From an uncultured Clostridia bacterium (GTDB taxonomy: Bacteria > Bacillota > Clostridia > Oscillospirales > CAG-382): a DNA stretch of 49,795 nucleotides. The notes under the pieces were generated by a model. The model made no database searches and was not told the origin of the DNA. It was given only the letters and a program-made list of their open reading frames with translations. The position numbers and the translations under genes were made by a program. Shown one piece after another: positions 11,401 to 16,689 of the stretch (positions within the stretch are counted from its first letter, which is position 1; the number at the start of each line of letters is the position of its first letter). Where the stretch lies: the NCBI GenBank assembly GCA_947627335.1, contig CANQVQ010000001.1, positions 1-49,795 of the forward strand. Direction: 5' to 3'.

Positions 11401-12111
11401 ATTCAGCGGGAGGAGAGTCTGTGCGCCGCCGCCGTAAACCACAACGCCGACACGATTTTCCTTGTGAACAGCCGGGTCCTGCGTCTTTACATTTTCGCCG
11501 TCAATACTTTTCGTTTCGCCTTCGTTATTCATCAAACGGGCGATCAGCTGATTCGCCTGCGCAATGACCTGATGCAAAGAGTCGTTGCGAGTTGCGATGG
11601 ACGTATTGCTATTTCCTGTCATTGATCTGGAAATATCCAACAAAAGCACAACGTCCAGCGGACGAGCGTTTTCCGTGTTGACGTTCTGGCTTGAGCCGAG
11701 CGCACTGTAAACGTGCAGGAAGTCGTCGTTCAATTCGATCGTGCCGTTCACGCCGTCAAGAACGTCGCTCAGGGTCAGAACTCTGCCGTTCCAAGACGCT
11801 GCCCTATCGCCGGTATCATTACTGCCATACGCGAACACCGATTTATCCGACCAAAGTCGTCCGGCGACACGGGTGTTCACAGAGAAATCCAACTGCGACT
11901 TGTAGGTGTCCATGGTGCTGGGGTCCGCCTGCCGGGTCACGCCATTCGTAGGACCCGACGTACCGGCGGCAAGCGCACGCATCGAAAACACGTCGCTCAA
12001 GCTGAACAGCATCGGTATCGTCATACACAAACACAGCAGCAGGGAAATCGCCCGGCGACCGCAGCGTCCGAGCTTTTTTCCGCTTCTTTCCGCACTGTGT
12101 AATGCTCTCAT
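5443..12111 (-). CDS. Giant vWA-domain tip adhesin/pilin with PPFTG sorting signal
   Basis: 2222 aa from ATG 12111 (GGAGG 10 nt upstream; the ORF track begins at TTG 12138). Signal peptide, MIDAS motif DVVLLLDISRSMTG (D codon at 11637), several C-terminal CnaB-like modules (YTVVETSVPKY, YTVKETGRGGY), then APPFTGG + TM + RRKNRR. Confidence 0.85.
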   Translation of the reverse strand: MRALHSAERSGKKLGRCGRRAISLLLCLCMTIPMLFSLSDVFSMRALAAGTSGPTNGVTRQADPSTMDTYKSQLDFSVNTRVAGRLWSDKSVFAYGSNDTGDRAASWNGRVLTLSDVLDGVNGTIELNDDFLHVYSALGSSQNVNTENARPLDVVLLLDISRSMTGNSNTSIATRNDSLHQVIAQANQLIARLMNNEGETKSIDGENVKTQDPAVHKENRVGVVVYGGGAQTLLPLNHYTSSGNDGIFFSATEGTKYSVNGNYTYFANVSTSVKGGYTKKTGAMVADSTYLQGALYKGMEMLATATETTYHPGMADEAKRMPVLIVLTDGATNIISTTSSSNSGRTSYEWWAPFGSGNNQDIIPSAGTGAQYAGAGLNPYYADCNEGTGKGSGASGRGSVANKNLEIQAIAPRTVSNLLLAGYYKNKIQAHYDEEMKGFSIGYNVGGLGNYATEQLWSTMDPRTYFSDAHKAEKAGDAKAMSEITDAENALKSYIAKSAPSMRFPRADGSRYIFVDSAGSYCNFTWNHPSDTANDITSFEQLYYINEYFEAGDHNIEDIFDSIFETITTTIFAPVSGKNDFGVNNSVTYTDPVGKYMDVKDVKNLVLFGKKYDIVQTVVYDYQWNEAYIEAMENAGNTAFKKGETALPQGWYRGEPTAKAEFVSQDDKSNNGLPDGCSSAADAWSKNWVFRVNYKTAAQFVPTLSEIRDPSKALEKERKTEYTFYRLDMKDEDRKVLHMNPAYGTDEDIPADVTYQDDQSHMKTPGVYALADLRIWVEDSGDYSDTDVEGTLTDANFDEALWINIPANMLPLRTVTINQSADGTFTYKTNLDPTDPGYLASFPLRVFYTVGVSEEALDDSNRINIAGAIGPEYIEQNKVKNAAASTARNVPQGNLEFFSNWYNPLNRYGDYVTTNTDYSYGDPVTSFSPATSNRYYLFEKALPLYNTAYVLNGGEWRKVSIGEDLGEEEGGAKFDATTFGGNLIAQDLEPANTQGTPEERQKAIRDALDAKGVTANEGDIILLKTHRLTNVAKPEDDAEADPFSSDDYFFLPIEYYELKADGSATRTKYAITRKGSEFGSAYKAAGITNGDMLCWHDMSGKYTQDYPYLSYSETGDRSRGKDYIGATIDPDTGYYAGCDKSNHEYPEEKPSNPLSDGEWVVCAKPGGLRVGNLAQNVQNKGGAYSTEAESKQIKAYIAERYHDDESATSLNWGYYAQNVTRTANNYYLPTISSTSNIERSDIKVNVYLGNNGRLYVMDTTLLVTKMVEAPDGMTVDPDEEFNFQVFINGVTGTQSAIVVQWDESAGSWQRQFHYIDLELDSQLFLQTSNGTKATVDADGCRLIADPSGNYTYAEECTGETAGKHSAGDSYEGKIYYVFIGRNRGTTDLGVADTAFRVYHNANMKDGVGSVGTEDVAVDGSRGEEGTFFAAKVWLVSEEAYLAQWVPETGDRPDPTAEGFNAEDYGGTLYKNKEGEAKQFELLTINPNISETSELAIKTPYRTLSAYWTKEVEFGKNANENDGSGKVGQDLVVNSDQNDLYDPILPTGDRPDYFANLTNEEIAKHTAEFTLKHGQALLFGGIPSGAIYRVTEKLTEKQLQAGYALKEVSHKQQVGSVSTYRPGAQSIPVYTKNGATYGEYGGGKYPTEYEDDTTEKGLFWAVNKNGNSVEGAGVAGVVKSEEPFAHTNAVLWESYATMNKDAPGDNHHQPKDVPDGSSVFWLWDESTGESRNTGTRHDVLDNPGCVSVDSVDKIAEGKCDVPQSDGTVRHYMFYEGTMVDRHYEGEGSGYIRNIGRYIVSPTVHFGVVGEEQADAVTSAQDTKSNTQYTGVYSVFGNTGTYEESANFINTVDPDLLVITKQLVDMNGSVIDTPPEREFTFTVSFTQPDDAPVKPGTLYLWKGNMDLQSGGAKWSDGSHTMPAAAPKQSEYQNYILPATGEGTGSYLEPLKANEDGTYTVKLKAKQGAVLYGLAAGTHYTVVETSVPKYPSVDPAHPGSSEGDWLTREGEIVHNAATYLEMMPSDSPNRADYVNQVFNGTLTVEKRIDGDSGDTETRDFAFSVTLKPAEGAELSAEDLTVEKYAKGAAEGEKLTVTWTETDGVFTATFTLKHGEKVVIGGIPADTAYTVKETGRGGYNLQHVADNTSNAPDESGSYLELSDDSVSGTVTTDTVDIYLLFVNGKAVAPPFTGGVGASEIMFVGALLIGLSIVLFLFGRRKNRRVI

Positions 12112-12146
12112 TTCTATCGTTCCTCCTCGGTGGTTCAAAACGGCTT

Positions 12147-12794
12147 TTATTCGACTAACGCACGGGCAAGCGGTTTCCTTGCCCCGTCGTCAATTTTACG
12201 GTAAAACGTCAGCAGACCCTCCATCATACGGAATCCGCTTTCCGCAGCGGTTCCGTCGTCCGGCGTCCGCCCGCTGCAGACCTGAAACGCGGTCGCCAGC
12301 ATCATGCCCATCACGGAATCCAGCATTCTGGAGACGTTCACGCCCGGATAGAGCGACGAACACTTCTCCGTAAGCGGTTTACAGAGCGCAACGTGCCCCT
12401 GCTTCGCCTGTTCCCCGCAGTACGAGCAATAGTAGTACCGGGCGAGGAACATACAGGTGTCCGGGTGTGCGTTCGTGAACCACAGCCAAACGGAATGCCA
12501 GAAATGGCGCATCCGGTCCTCAAACGGGATGGAAAACTCCCAAAGCACGTCGGAACGCTTCAGCACCTCGTCGATCAGCTTCGCATCCTCCCGCAAAAAG
12601 GTTTGCAGCAGGAGATTCTCCTTATTCCCGAACAGGCGGTAGAGATACACGTCGGTGCCGACGCCGTCCGCCTCCGCGATAATTGCACGCGTGGAGACGT
12701 TTTCCACGCCGTTTCTGGACACGAGACGCACGACCGCGTCCATTAAAGCGGTTTCCGGCGTTGGTTTCACTTTCTGTGTCATTTTTCTCTTCAC
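12147..12794 (-). CDS. TetR/AcrR-family transcriptional regulator, first gene of the pilus operon
   Basis: N-terminal HTH (AVVRLVSRNGVENVSTRAIIAEADGVGTDVYLYRLFGNKENLL). Stop lies 35 nt before the adhesin start with no terminator between them. Start is either GTG 12794 or ATG 12782. Confidence 0.8.
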   Translation of the reverse strand: MKRKMTQKVKPTPETALMDAVVRLVSRNGVENVSTRAIIAEADGVGTDVYLYRLFGNKENLLLQTFLREDAKLIDEVLKRSDVLWEFSIPFEDRMRHFWHSVWLWFTNAHPDTCMFLARYYYCSYCGEQAKQGHVALCKPLTEKCSSLYPGVNVSRMLDSVMGMMLATAFQVCSGRTPDDGTAAESGFRMMEGLLTFYRKIDDGARKPLARALVE

Positions 12795-12831
12795 GATCCT
12801 GGTCTTCTCTGCTTTCCGAAACCCCGTCTAT

Positions 12832-12845
12832 ATGGCGTTCGCCAT
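12832..12845 (-). promoter_or_regulatory. Candidate operator palindrome in the pilus-operon leader
   Basis: ATGGCG-TT-CGCCAT inverted repeat between the predicted TSS (about 12870) and the tetR start. Could equally be a leader hairpin. Confidence 0.25.
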
Positions 12846-12876
12846 TTTTTCGCAAGTTTACTGATGAATCGGGTCC

Positions 12877-12905
12877 ATTATAGCACGTTCGTCTGCGTTT
12901 TGCAA
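12877..12905 (-). promoter_or_regulatory. Promoter of the tetR-pilus operon
   Basis: Minus strand reads TTGCAA-17 nt-TATAAT with a TGc extended -10. An AT-rich UP-like tract lies at 12906-12949. Confidence 0.7.
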
Positions 12906-12949
12906 GAGGTTTTCGCGAAAAAATGCAAAATTTTTTTGGAAATTTTTTC

Positions 12950-12966
12950 GGGGGGGGGGGGGGGGG
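12950..12966. repeat. Homopolymeric G17 (C17 on the pilus-operon strand) tract
   Basis: Counted directly: G at 12950 through 12966. Lies 45 nt upstream of the -35 hexamer of the pilus promoter. Confidence 0.95.
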
Positions 12967-13148
12967 ACGGGTGCCTTTTTCCGTGCTGTGGAGCCATTTT
13001 TTGCCGTTCGGAAAAACGGTTTTTTCCGCCGTCCGCCGTCCTGCCGTGCCGTCCGTTTTGCAGGGCGTCGACGGGGCGCGGGTCGTCCGCCGCAGGCGGT
13101 CGGTTTTTGCAAATTATGGCAGTCGCCATATGAAGATATTTTTAGGAG

Positions 13149-13186
13149 GAAAAAACGACGGGGCAATGAAAATTTGCTCCGTCGTT
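13149..13186 (-). terminator. Intrinsic terminator (minus orientation) between the octamer array and the pilus promoter
   Basis: 13-bp stem AACGACGGGGCAA/TTGCTCCGTCGTT (one G:U pair), 7-nt loop; on the minus strand it is followed by a U-run (plus-strand A-run 13150-13155, the last two A pairing in the stem). Confidence 0.65.
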
Positions 13187-13236
13187 GGGGATATTGTACA
13201 AAATTGTCGGTGGGGGAGGGTCGCAGGGTGCGTTTG

Positions 13237-13406
13237 AATGATGTATCGCCTACGGCGAAATGATGTACCGCCTTTGACGGTATGATGTTGCTCCCTTGCG
13301 GTCGCAATGATGCGCTGTTTGCCCCATGTGCCGCAGGCACACATCATTGCCGCAGGCAACATCATTAGCGAAGCGTCATCATTTGCCCGACAGGGCAAAC
13401 ATCATT
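13237..13406. repeat. Mirrored array of 8 octamers: 4x AATGATGT then 4x ACATCATT, each separated by short palindromes
   Basis: Octamers at 13237, 13259, 13281 (7/8), 13307 (7/8) | 13341, 13359, 13376 (7/8), 13399. Spacing is 17-26 bp. Symmetry centre is the palindrome GTGCCGCAGGCAC at 13328-13340. A partial second copy is at 13-62. Confidence 0.85.
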
Positions 13407-13444
13407 GAAAAAGGCGGTTGCTTTCGCAATCGCCTTTTTCTTGG
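13377..13444 (-). repeat. 68-bp repeat element, copy 2, immediately 3' of tRNA-Ser(GCT)
   Basis: 67/68 identity with 33..100. Contains the terminator hairpin and two ACATCATT units. Confidence 0.9.
13408..13439 (-). terminator. Intrinsic terminator after the tRNA-Ser pair
   Basis: Stem GGCGGTTGC/GCAATCGCC with flanking A5/T5 runs. Homolog of the hairpin at 64..95. Confidence 0.75.
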
Positions 13445-13531
13445 CGCGGAAGGAGAGATTTGAACTCTCGCGCCGGTTACCCGACCTACACCCTTAGCAG
13501 GGGCGCCTCTTCACCACTTGAGTACTTCCGC
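13442..13531 (-). tRNA. tRNA-Ser (anticodon GCT), type II with long variable arm, CCA encoded
   Basis: The 90-nt reverse complement has acceptor GCGGAAG/CTTCCGC, anticodon loop CTGCTAA, a long variable arm, T-arm GAGAG-TTCAAAT-CTCTC, and 3' GCCA. Confidence 0.9.
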
Positions 13532-13557
13532 ACGGTGAATTGATTTTTTTGAAAGAA

Positions 13558-13644
13558 TGGCGGAGGGAAAGGGATTCGAACCCTTGTGGGTTGCCCCAAA
13601 CGGTTTTCAAGACCGCCTCGTTATGACCACTTCGATATCCCTCC
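13558..13644 (-). tRNA. tRNA-Ser (anticodon TGA), type II, CCA encoded
   Basis: The 87-nt reverse complement has acceptor GGAGGGA/TCCCTCC, anticodon loop CTTGAAA, a variable arm, T-arm AAGGG-TTCGAAT-CCCTT, and 3' GCCA. Confidence 0.9.
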
Positions 13645-13701
13645 GTACCCCGGCGGGCGCGGCGGCGCGACCTCCCGCATACCGAACAGTCGGTACTATC
13701 T

Positions 13702-13730
13702 ACCATAGCACATTCTTTCCCGTTTGTCAA
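13702..13730 (-). promoter_or_regulatory. Promoter of the tRNA-Ser pair
   Basis: Minus strand reads TTGACA-17 nt-TATGGT with a TGc extended -10. Divergent from the dnaA promoter. Confidence 0.65.
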
Positions 13731-13780
13731 GAGGAAAATGAGATTTTCTCCGTTTCCTTTGAAAAAATGTGCTTCCCCTC

Positions 13781-13809
13781 TTGCAATTCGGATGAAATTA
13801 TGGTATACT
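13781..13809 (+). promoter_or_regulatory. dnaA promoter
   Basis: TTGCAA-17 nt-TATACT with a TGg extended -10. It lies inside the ORF-track extension, which supports ATG 13849 as the true start. Confidence 0.7.
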
Positions 13810-13848
13810 GTTATGAACAAATCTGACAATGGGGGTGTATCCGACTCG

Positions 13849-15192
13849 ATGGACTCTTTTTCCGAATTGAAATCTTTTCTCCTGGAGGAACTTCGCAAGG
13901 ACTGCCCGCCGACGAGTATTACCCTCTGGTTTGAACCGATGGAGGTCCTGAAGGTCACCGGGACGGAGATCACGCTGCAGTTCCCGGATTCGCGTCTGCC
14001 GTTTGTGGAGACGCATTACGCCGATCTGCTGTGCGACGCCGTGGAAAAAGTGGTCGGTGCGCGCATGGAGCTGCGCTTTGTCCCCGAATCCGCCCGGGAG
14101 GAGACCCCGGAAGCGGAATCCCCCGTTCCCGCGGAAGCGGAGCCGGTCGTGCAGAAGTCGAGTGCGTTTACCGAGCGTTTCAGCCCGGCGTACACGTTTG
14201 AGTCGTTCATCGTCGGCAAATCCAACGAGCTTGCGCAGATGGCGGCGCTCGCGGTCGCGGAAACGCCGTTTACCCTGCACAATCCGCTCTATCTGTACGG
14301 GCAGAGCGGTCTGGGGAAGACGCACCTGCTTTTCGCCATCATCAACCGCCTGCGGGCGACCAACCCGGAATATCGGATCCTCTATGTGACCGGCGAAGAA
14401 TTCACCAACGAGCTGACCGAAGCGCTCGCGCAGAAGTCCCCGGTGGCGTTCCGGGAGAAATACCGCAATCTCGACGTCCTGCTGGTGGACGATATTCAGT
14501 TCATCTCCGGAAAAATGGCGATCCAGCAGGAATTCTTCCATACATTTGAAGCGTTGTTCCAGAAACGCAAGCAGTTGATCATCACGTCCGACGTTTCGCC
14601 GGACCGCATCAACAAGCTCGAGGACAGGCTGCAAAGCCGGTTCGCTATGGGGCTCGTCGCGGACATCCAGCCGCCGGACCTCGAACTTCGCACGGCGATC
14701 TGCCGCCGCAAGGCGTTGGATTACCAGTTCGATTTGGGGTACGACGTCCTGACCTACCTCGCCGAGCACATCACCAAGAACGTCCGCCTTATCGACGGCG
14801 CCATCAAAAAATTACGGGCGTACTGCCTGCTCAACGGCGGAAAATGCACGGTCACGACGGCGGAACGCGTCCTGCAGGAATTTTTCCGCTCCAAAGAGGA
14901 CGAGGACAACCTCGTCGAGAAGATCTTTGACTACACCTGCAGGAAATTCGTGGTTTCCAAGGAGGACCTCGTCGGTCCCCGCCGGACCGCGAATATCGCC
15001 TTTGCCCGGCATTTCGCCATCTACCTCGTGCGGAAAAAGACCTCGCTGACCATCAAGCAGATCGCCGAGCTGTTCAACCGCAAGGACCACACCAGCGTCC
15101 TCAATTCCATCAACGTCATCGAGCGGCGCATCCGCACGGATTCCATCTTTGCGCGAGACCTCGCGATCGTGCTGGACGAGCTGACCGTCTGA
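13849..15192 (+). CDS. dnaA: Chromosomal replication initiator DnaA
   Basis: 447 aa from ATG 13849 (GGGGG RBS). Walker A GQSGLGKTHLL, AAA+ box LLVDDIQF, and a C-terminal DNA-binding helix region (ARHFAIYLVRK...DHTSV). Confidence 0.95.
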   Translation: MDSFSELKSFLLEELRKDCPPTSITLWFEPMEVLKVTGTEITLQFPDSRLPFVETHYADLLCDAVEKVVGARMELRFVPESAREETPEAESPVPAEAEPVVQKSSAFTERFSPAYTFESFIVGKSNELAQMAALAVAETPFTLHNPLYLYGQSGLGKTHLLFAIINRLRATNPEYRILYVTGEEFTNELTEALAQKSPVAFREKYRNLDVLLVDDIQFISGKMAIQQEFFHTFEALFQKRKQLIITSDVSPDRINKLEDRLQSRFAMGLVADIQPPDLELRTAICRRKALDYQFDLGYDVLTYLAEHITKNVRLIDGAIKKLRAYCLLNGGKCTVTTAERVLQEFFRSKEDEDNLVEKIFDYTCRKFVVSKEDLVGPRRTANIAFARHFAIYLVRKKTSLTIKQIAELFNRKDHTSVLNSINVIERRIRTDSIFARDLAIVLDELTV

Positions 15193-15298
15193 AATAGGGA
15201 AAGTTTCGGTCATAATTTTTTCGACTTCTCCTTTGTTTTTTCCGCCGGGACGGCGGCAACATTCGGTTCTTCGGTCCGCCGGAGGATTTTGGCGGGAA

Positions 15299-15470
15299 TG
15301 TGGACAAAAACGGGAAAGCTGTGGAAAACTCCCCCGGTTTTCCCGCGGGACGGGAATCGGTTGTCCACACCGAAAAGCAAGGCGGGACAAGTGGTTCGAG
15401 GGGTTTTCCACAAAATCCGCCCGCCTACTACTACGACTACTACTTCCATATACCTAAAAGGTTTCTTCGT
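15299..15470. other. oriC core: DnaA boxes, GC cluster, DnaA-trios, AT-richer unwinding stretch
   Basis: Boxes: TGTGGACAA 15299-15307, TGTGGAAAA 15320-15328, TTGTCCACA 15361-15369, TTTTCCACA 15404-15412, each 1 mismatch from TTATCCACA. GC cluster CCGCCCGCC 15417-15425. CTA CTA CTA CGA CTA CTA CTT at 15425-15445, then CCATATACCTAAAAGG. Confidence 0.75.
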
Positions 15471-15540
15471 GGGTGTACGCGCACGAAGCGAACCCCTGAA
15501 AACAGAGAACGCAAAAAGGAAAGGATGAAAACAAGAAATC

Positions 15541-16677
15541 ATGGGCATCTCCTTTTTATCCGACAAGAAAACCTTGCAGGATCTTATCCAGCCGGCGCTG
15601 GCCGCCGCCTCGTCAAAAAGCACGCTTCCCGCGTTGGAGGGTCTGCTGTTCCAGTTGGAGGACAACGAACTGACCGTTTGCGGGTACGATCTGGAAAAAG
15701 GGGTCAAGACCCATGGCAAGGTCATTCCCAAGGAGCCGGGTGCGGTCATTCTCAAGGCGCAGAAGATCGCGGCGCTCATTCGGATGCTGCCGGACTGCGA
15801 CATCACGTTTGAAGCGAACGAACGCAACACGGTGCGGATTTACGCCGGACTGAACGATTTTACCCTGCACGGGCTGACGGCGGAGGCGTTTCCGAGCATC
15901 CCCGACCTCGGCGGGGAGAACGCGTTCTGCATCAGCCAGAGCCTGATGAAGGAGATCATCAATACGACCTGTTTCGCGGTTTCGCAGGACGACGCCCGTC
16001 CGATCCTGACCGGGGAGTTCTTCCGGGTGGAGAACCGTTCCATCACCGCCGTGGCGCTGGATAACCGCAGGCTCGCGATGCGGGAGGAACGGGAGTGCGT
16101 GTTCGACAACGAATCGTCGTTCAGCTTTGTCGTCCCGGGAAAATCCTTGCAGGAGCTCGCCCGCCTGCTGCGGGATACGGACGATATGCTGCGCGTGGAA
16201 TTCACGGCGAAGTACGTCATTTTCAAGCTCGACGAGATCGTTCTGTTCTCCCGGCTGCTGGAAGGGGAGTACCTGGATTACAAGCGGGTCATTTCGACCC
16301 AGAATAAGATTTTCGTCAAGGTCGACCGGCAGGAGTTCGAGGACGCGGTCGCCCGTGCGTCGCTGATGGTCGACGACCGGGGAAACAAGACGATCAACTG
16401 CCTGAGCTGCCAGTTCGCGGGGGATACGCTCGAAGTCGCGGGAGCCGCGCACGACGGCAAGGGAAACGTCGGGCTGAAGATCGAGAAGGAAGGCGAGGAC
16501 CTGAAGATCGGGTTCCAGCATCGGTTCCTGCTCGACGCGCTGCGTGCGGCGAAGGACGAAAAGGTCTCGCTCGCCCTCTCGAGCGCGCTCGGTCCGATGT
16601 TCATCAGCCCGGTCGAGCCGTCCGCGACGGGAACGTATCTGTATCTCGTCATGGCGTTCAAGCTGCCGCGGGAATGA
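15541..16677 (+). CDS. dnaN: DNA polymerase III beta sliding clamp
   Basis: 378 aa in the canonical position after dnaA. The N-terminus (LQDLIQPALAAASSKSTLPALEGLLFQ) is typical of beta clamps. Confidence 0.95.
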   Translation: MGISFLSDKKTLQDLIQPALAAASSKSTLPALEGLLFQLEDNELTVCGYDLEKGVKTHGKVIPKEPGAVILKAQKIAALIRMLPDCDITFEANERNTVRIYAGLNDFTLHGLTAEAFPSIPDLGGENAFCISQSLMKEIINTTCFAVSQDDARPILTGEFFRVENRSITAVALDNRRLAMREERECVFDNESSFSFVVPGKSLQELARLLRDTDDMLRVEFTAKYVIFKLDEIVLFSRLLEGEYLDYKRVISTQNKIFVKVDRQEFEDAVARASLMVDDRGNKTINCLSCQFAGDTLEVAGAAHDGKGNVGLKIEKEGEDLKIGFQHRFLLDALRAAKDEKVSLALSSALGPMFISPVEPSATGTYLYLVMAFKLPRE

Positions 16678-16689
16678 GTCGGGAACGCC

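Noticed and set aside
13003-13110. Two plus-strand terminator-like hairpins (CCGTT..AACGG + T6 at 13004-13025; CCGCC-GCA-GGCGG + T5 at about 13088-13110) that might mark a small RNA
   Set aside because: The stems are only 5 bp. I could find no plus-strand promoter upstream and no plus-strand gene nearby. The evidence is too weak to call an ncRNA.
12858-13398. ORFs across the tetR-tRNA intergenic region (12858..13340 and 13114..13398 minus; 12923..13237 plus, which would translate the poly-G run as poly-Gly)
   Set aside because: They have no RBS or promoter logic. They run through terminator hairpins, the G17 tract and the octamer array, and their translations are low complexity. I treat the region as non-coding.
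13237-13406. Possibility that the octamer array is a CRISPR array
   Set aside because: The repeats are only 8 bp with spacers of about 10-18 bp. The two halves are in opposite orientation. No cas genes are present.
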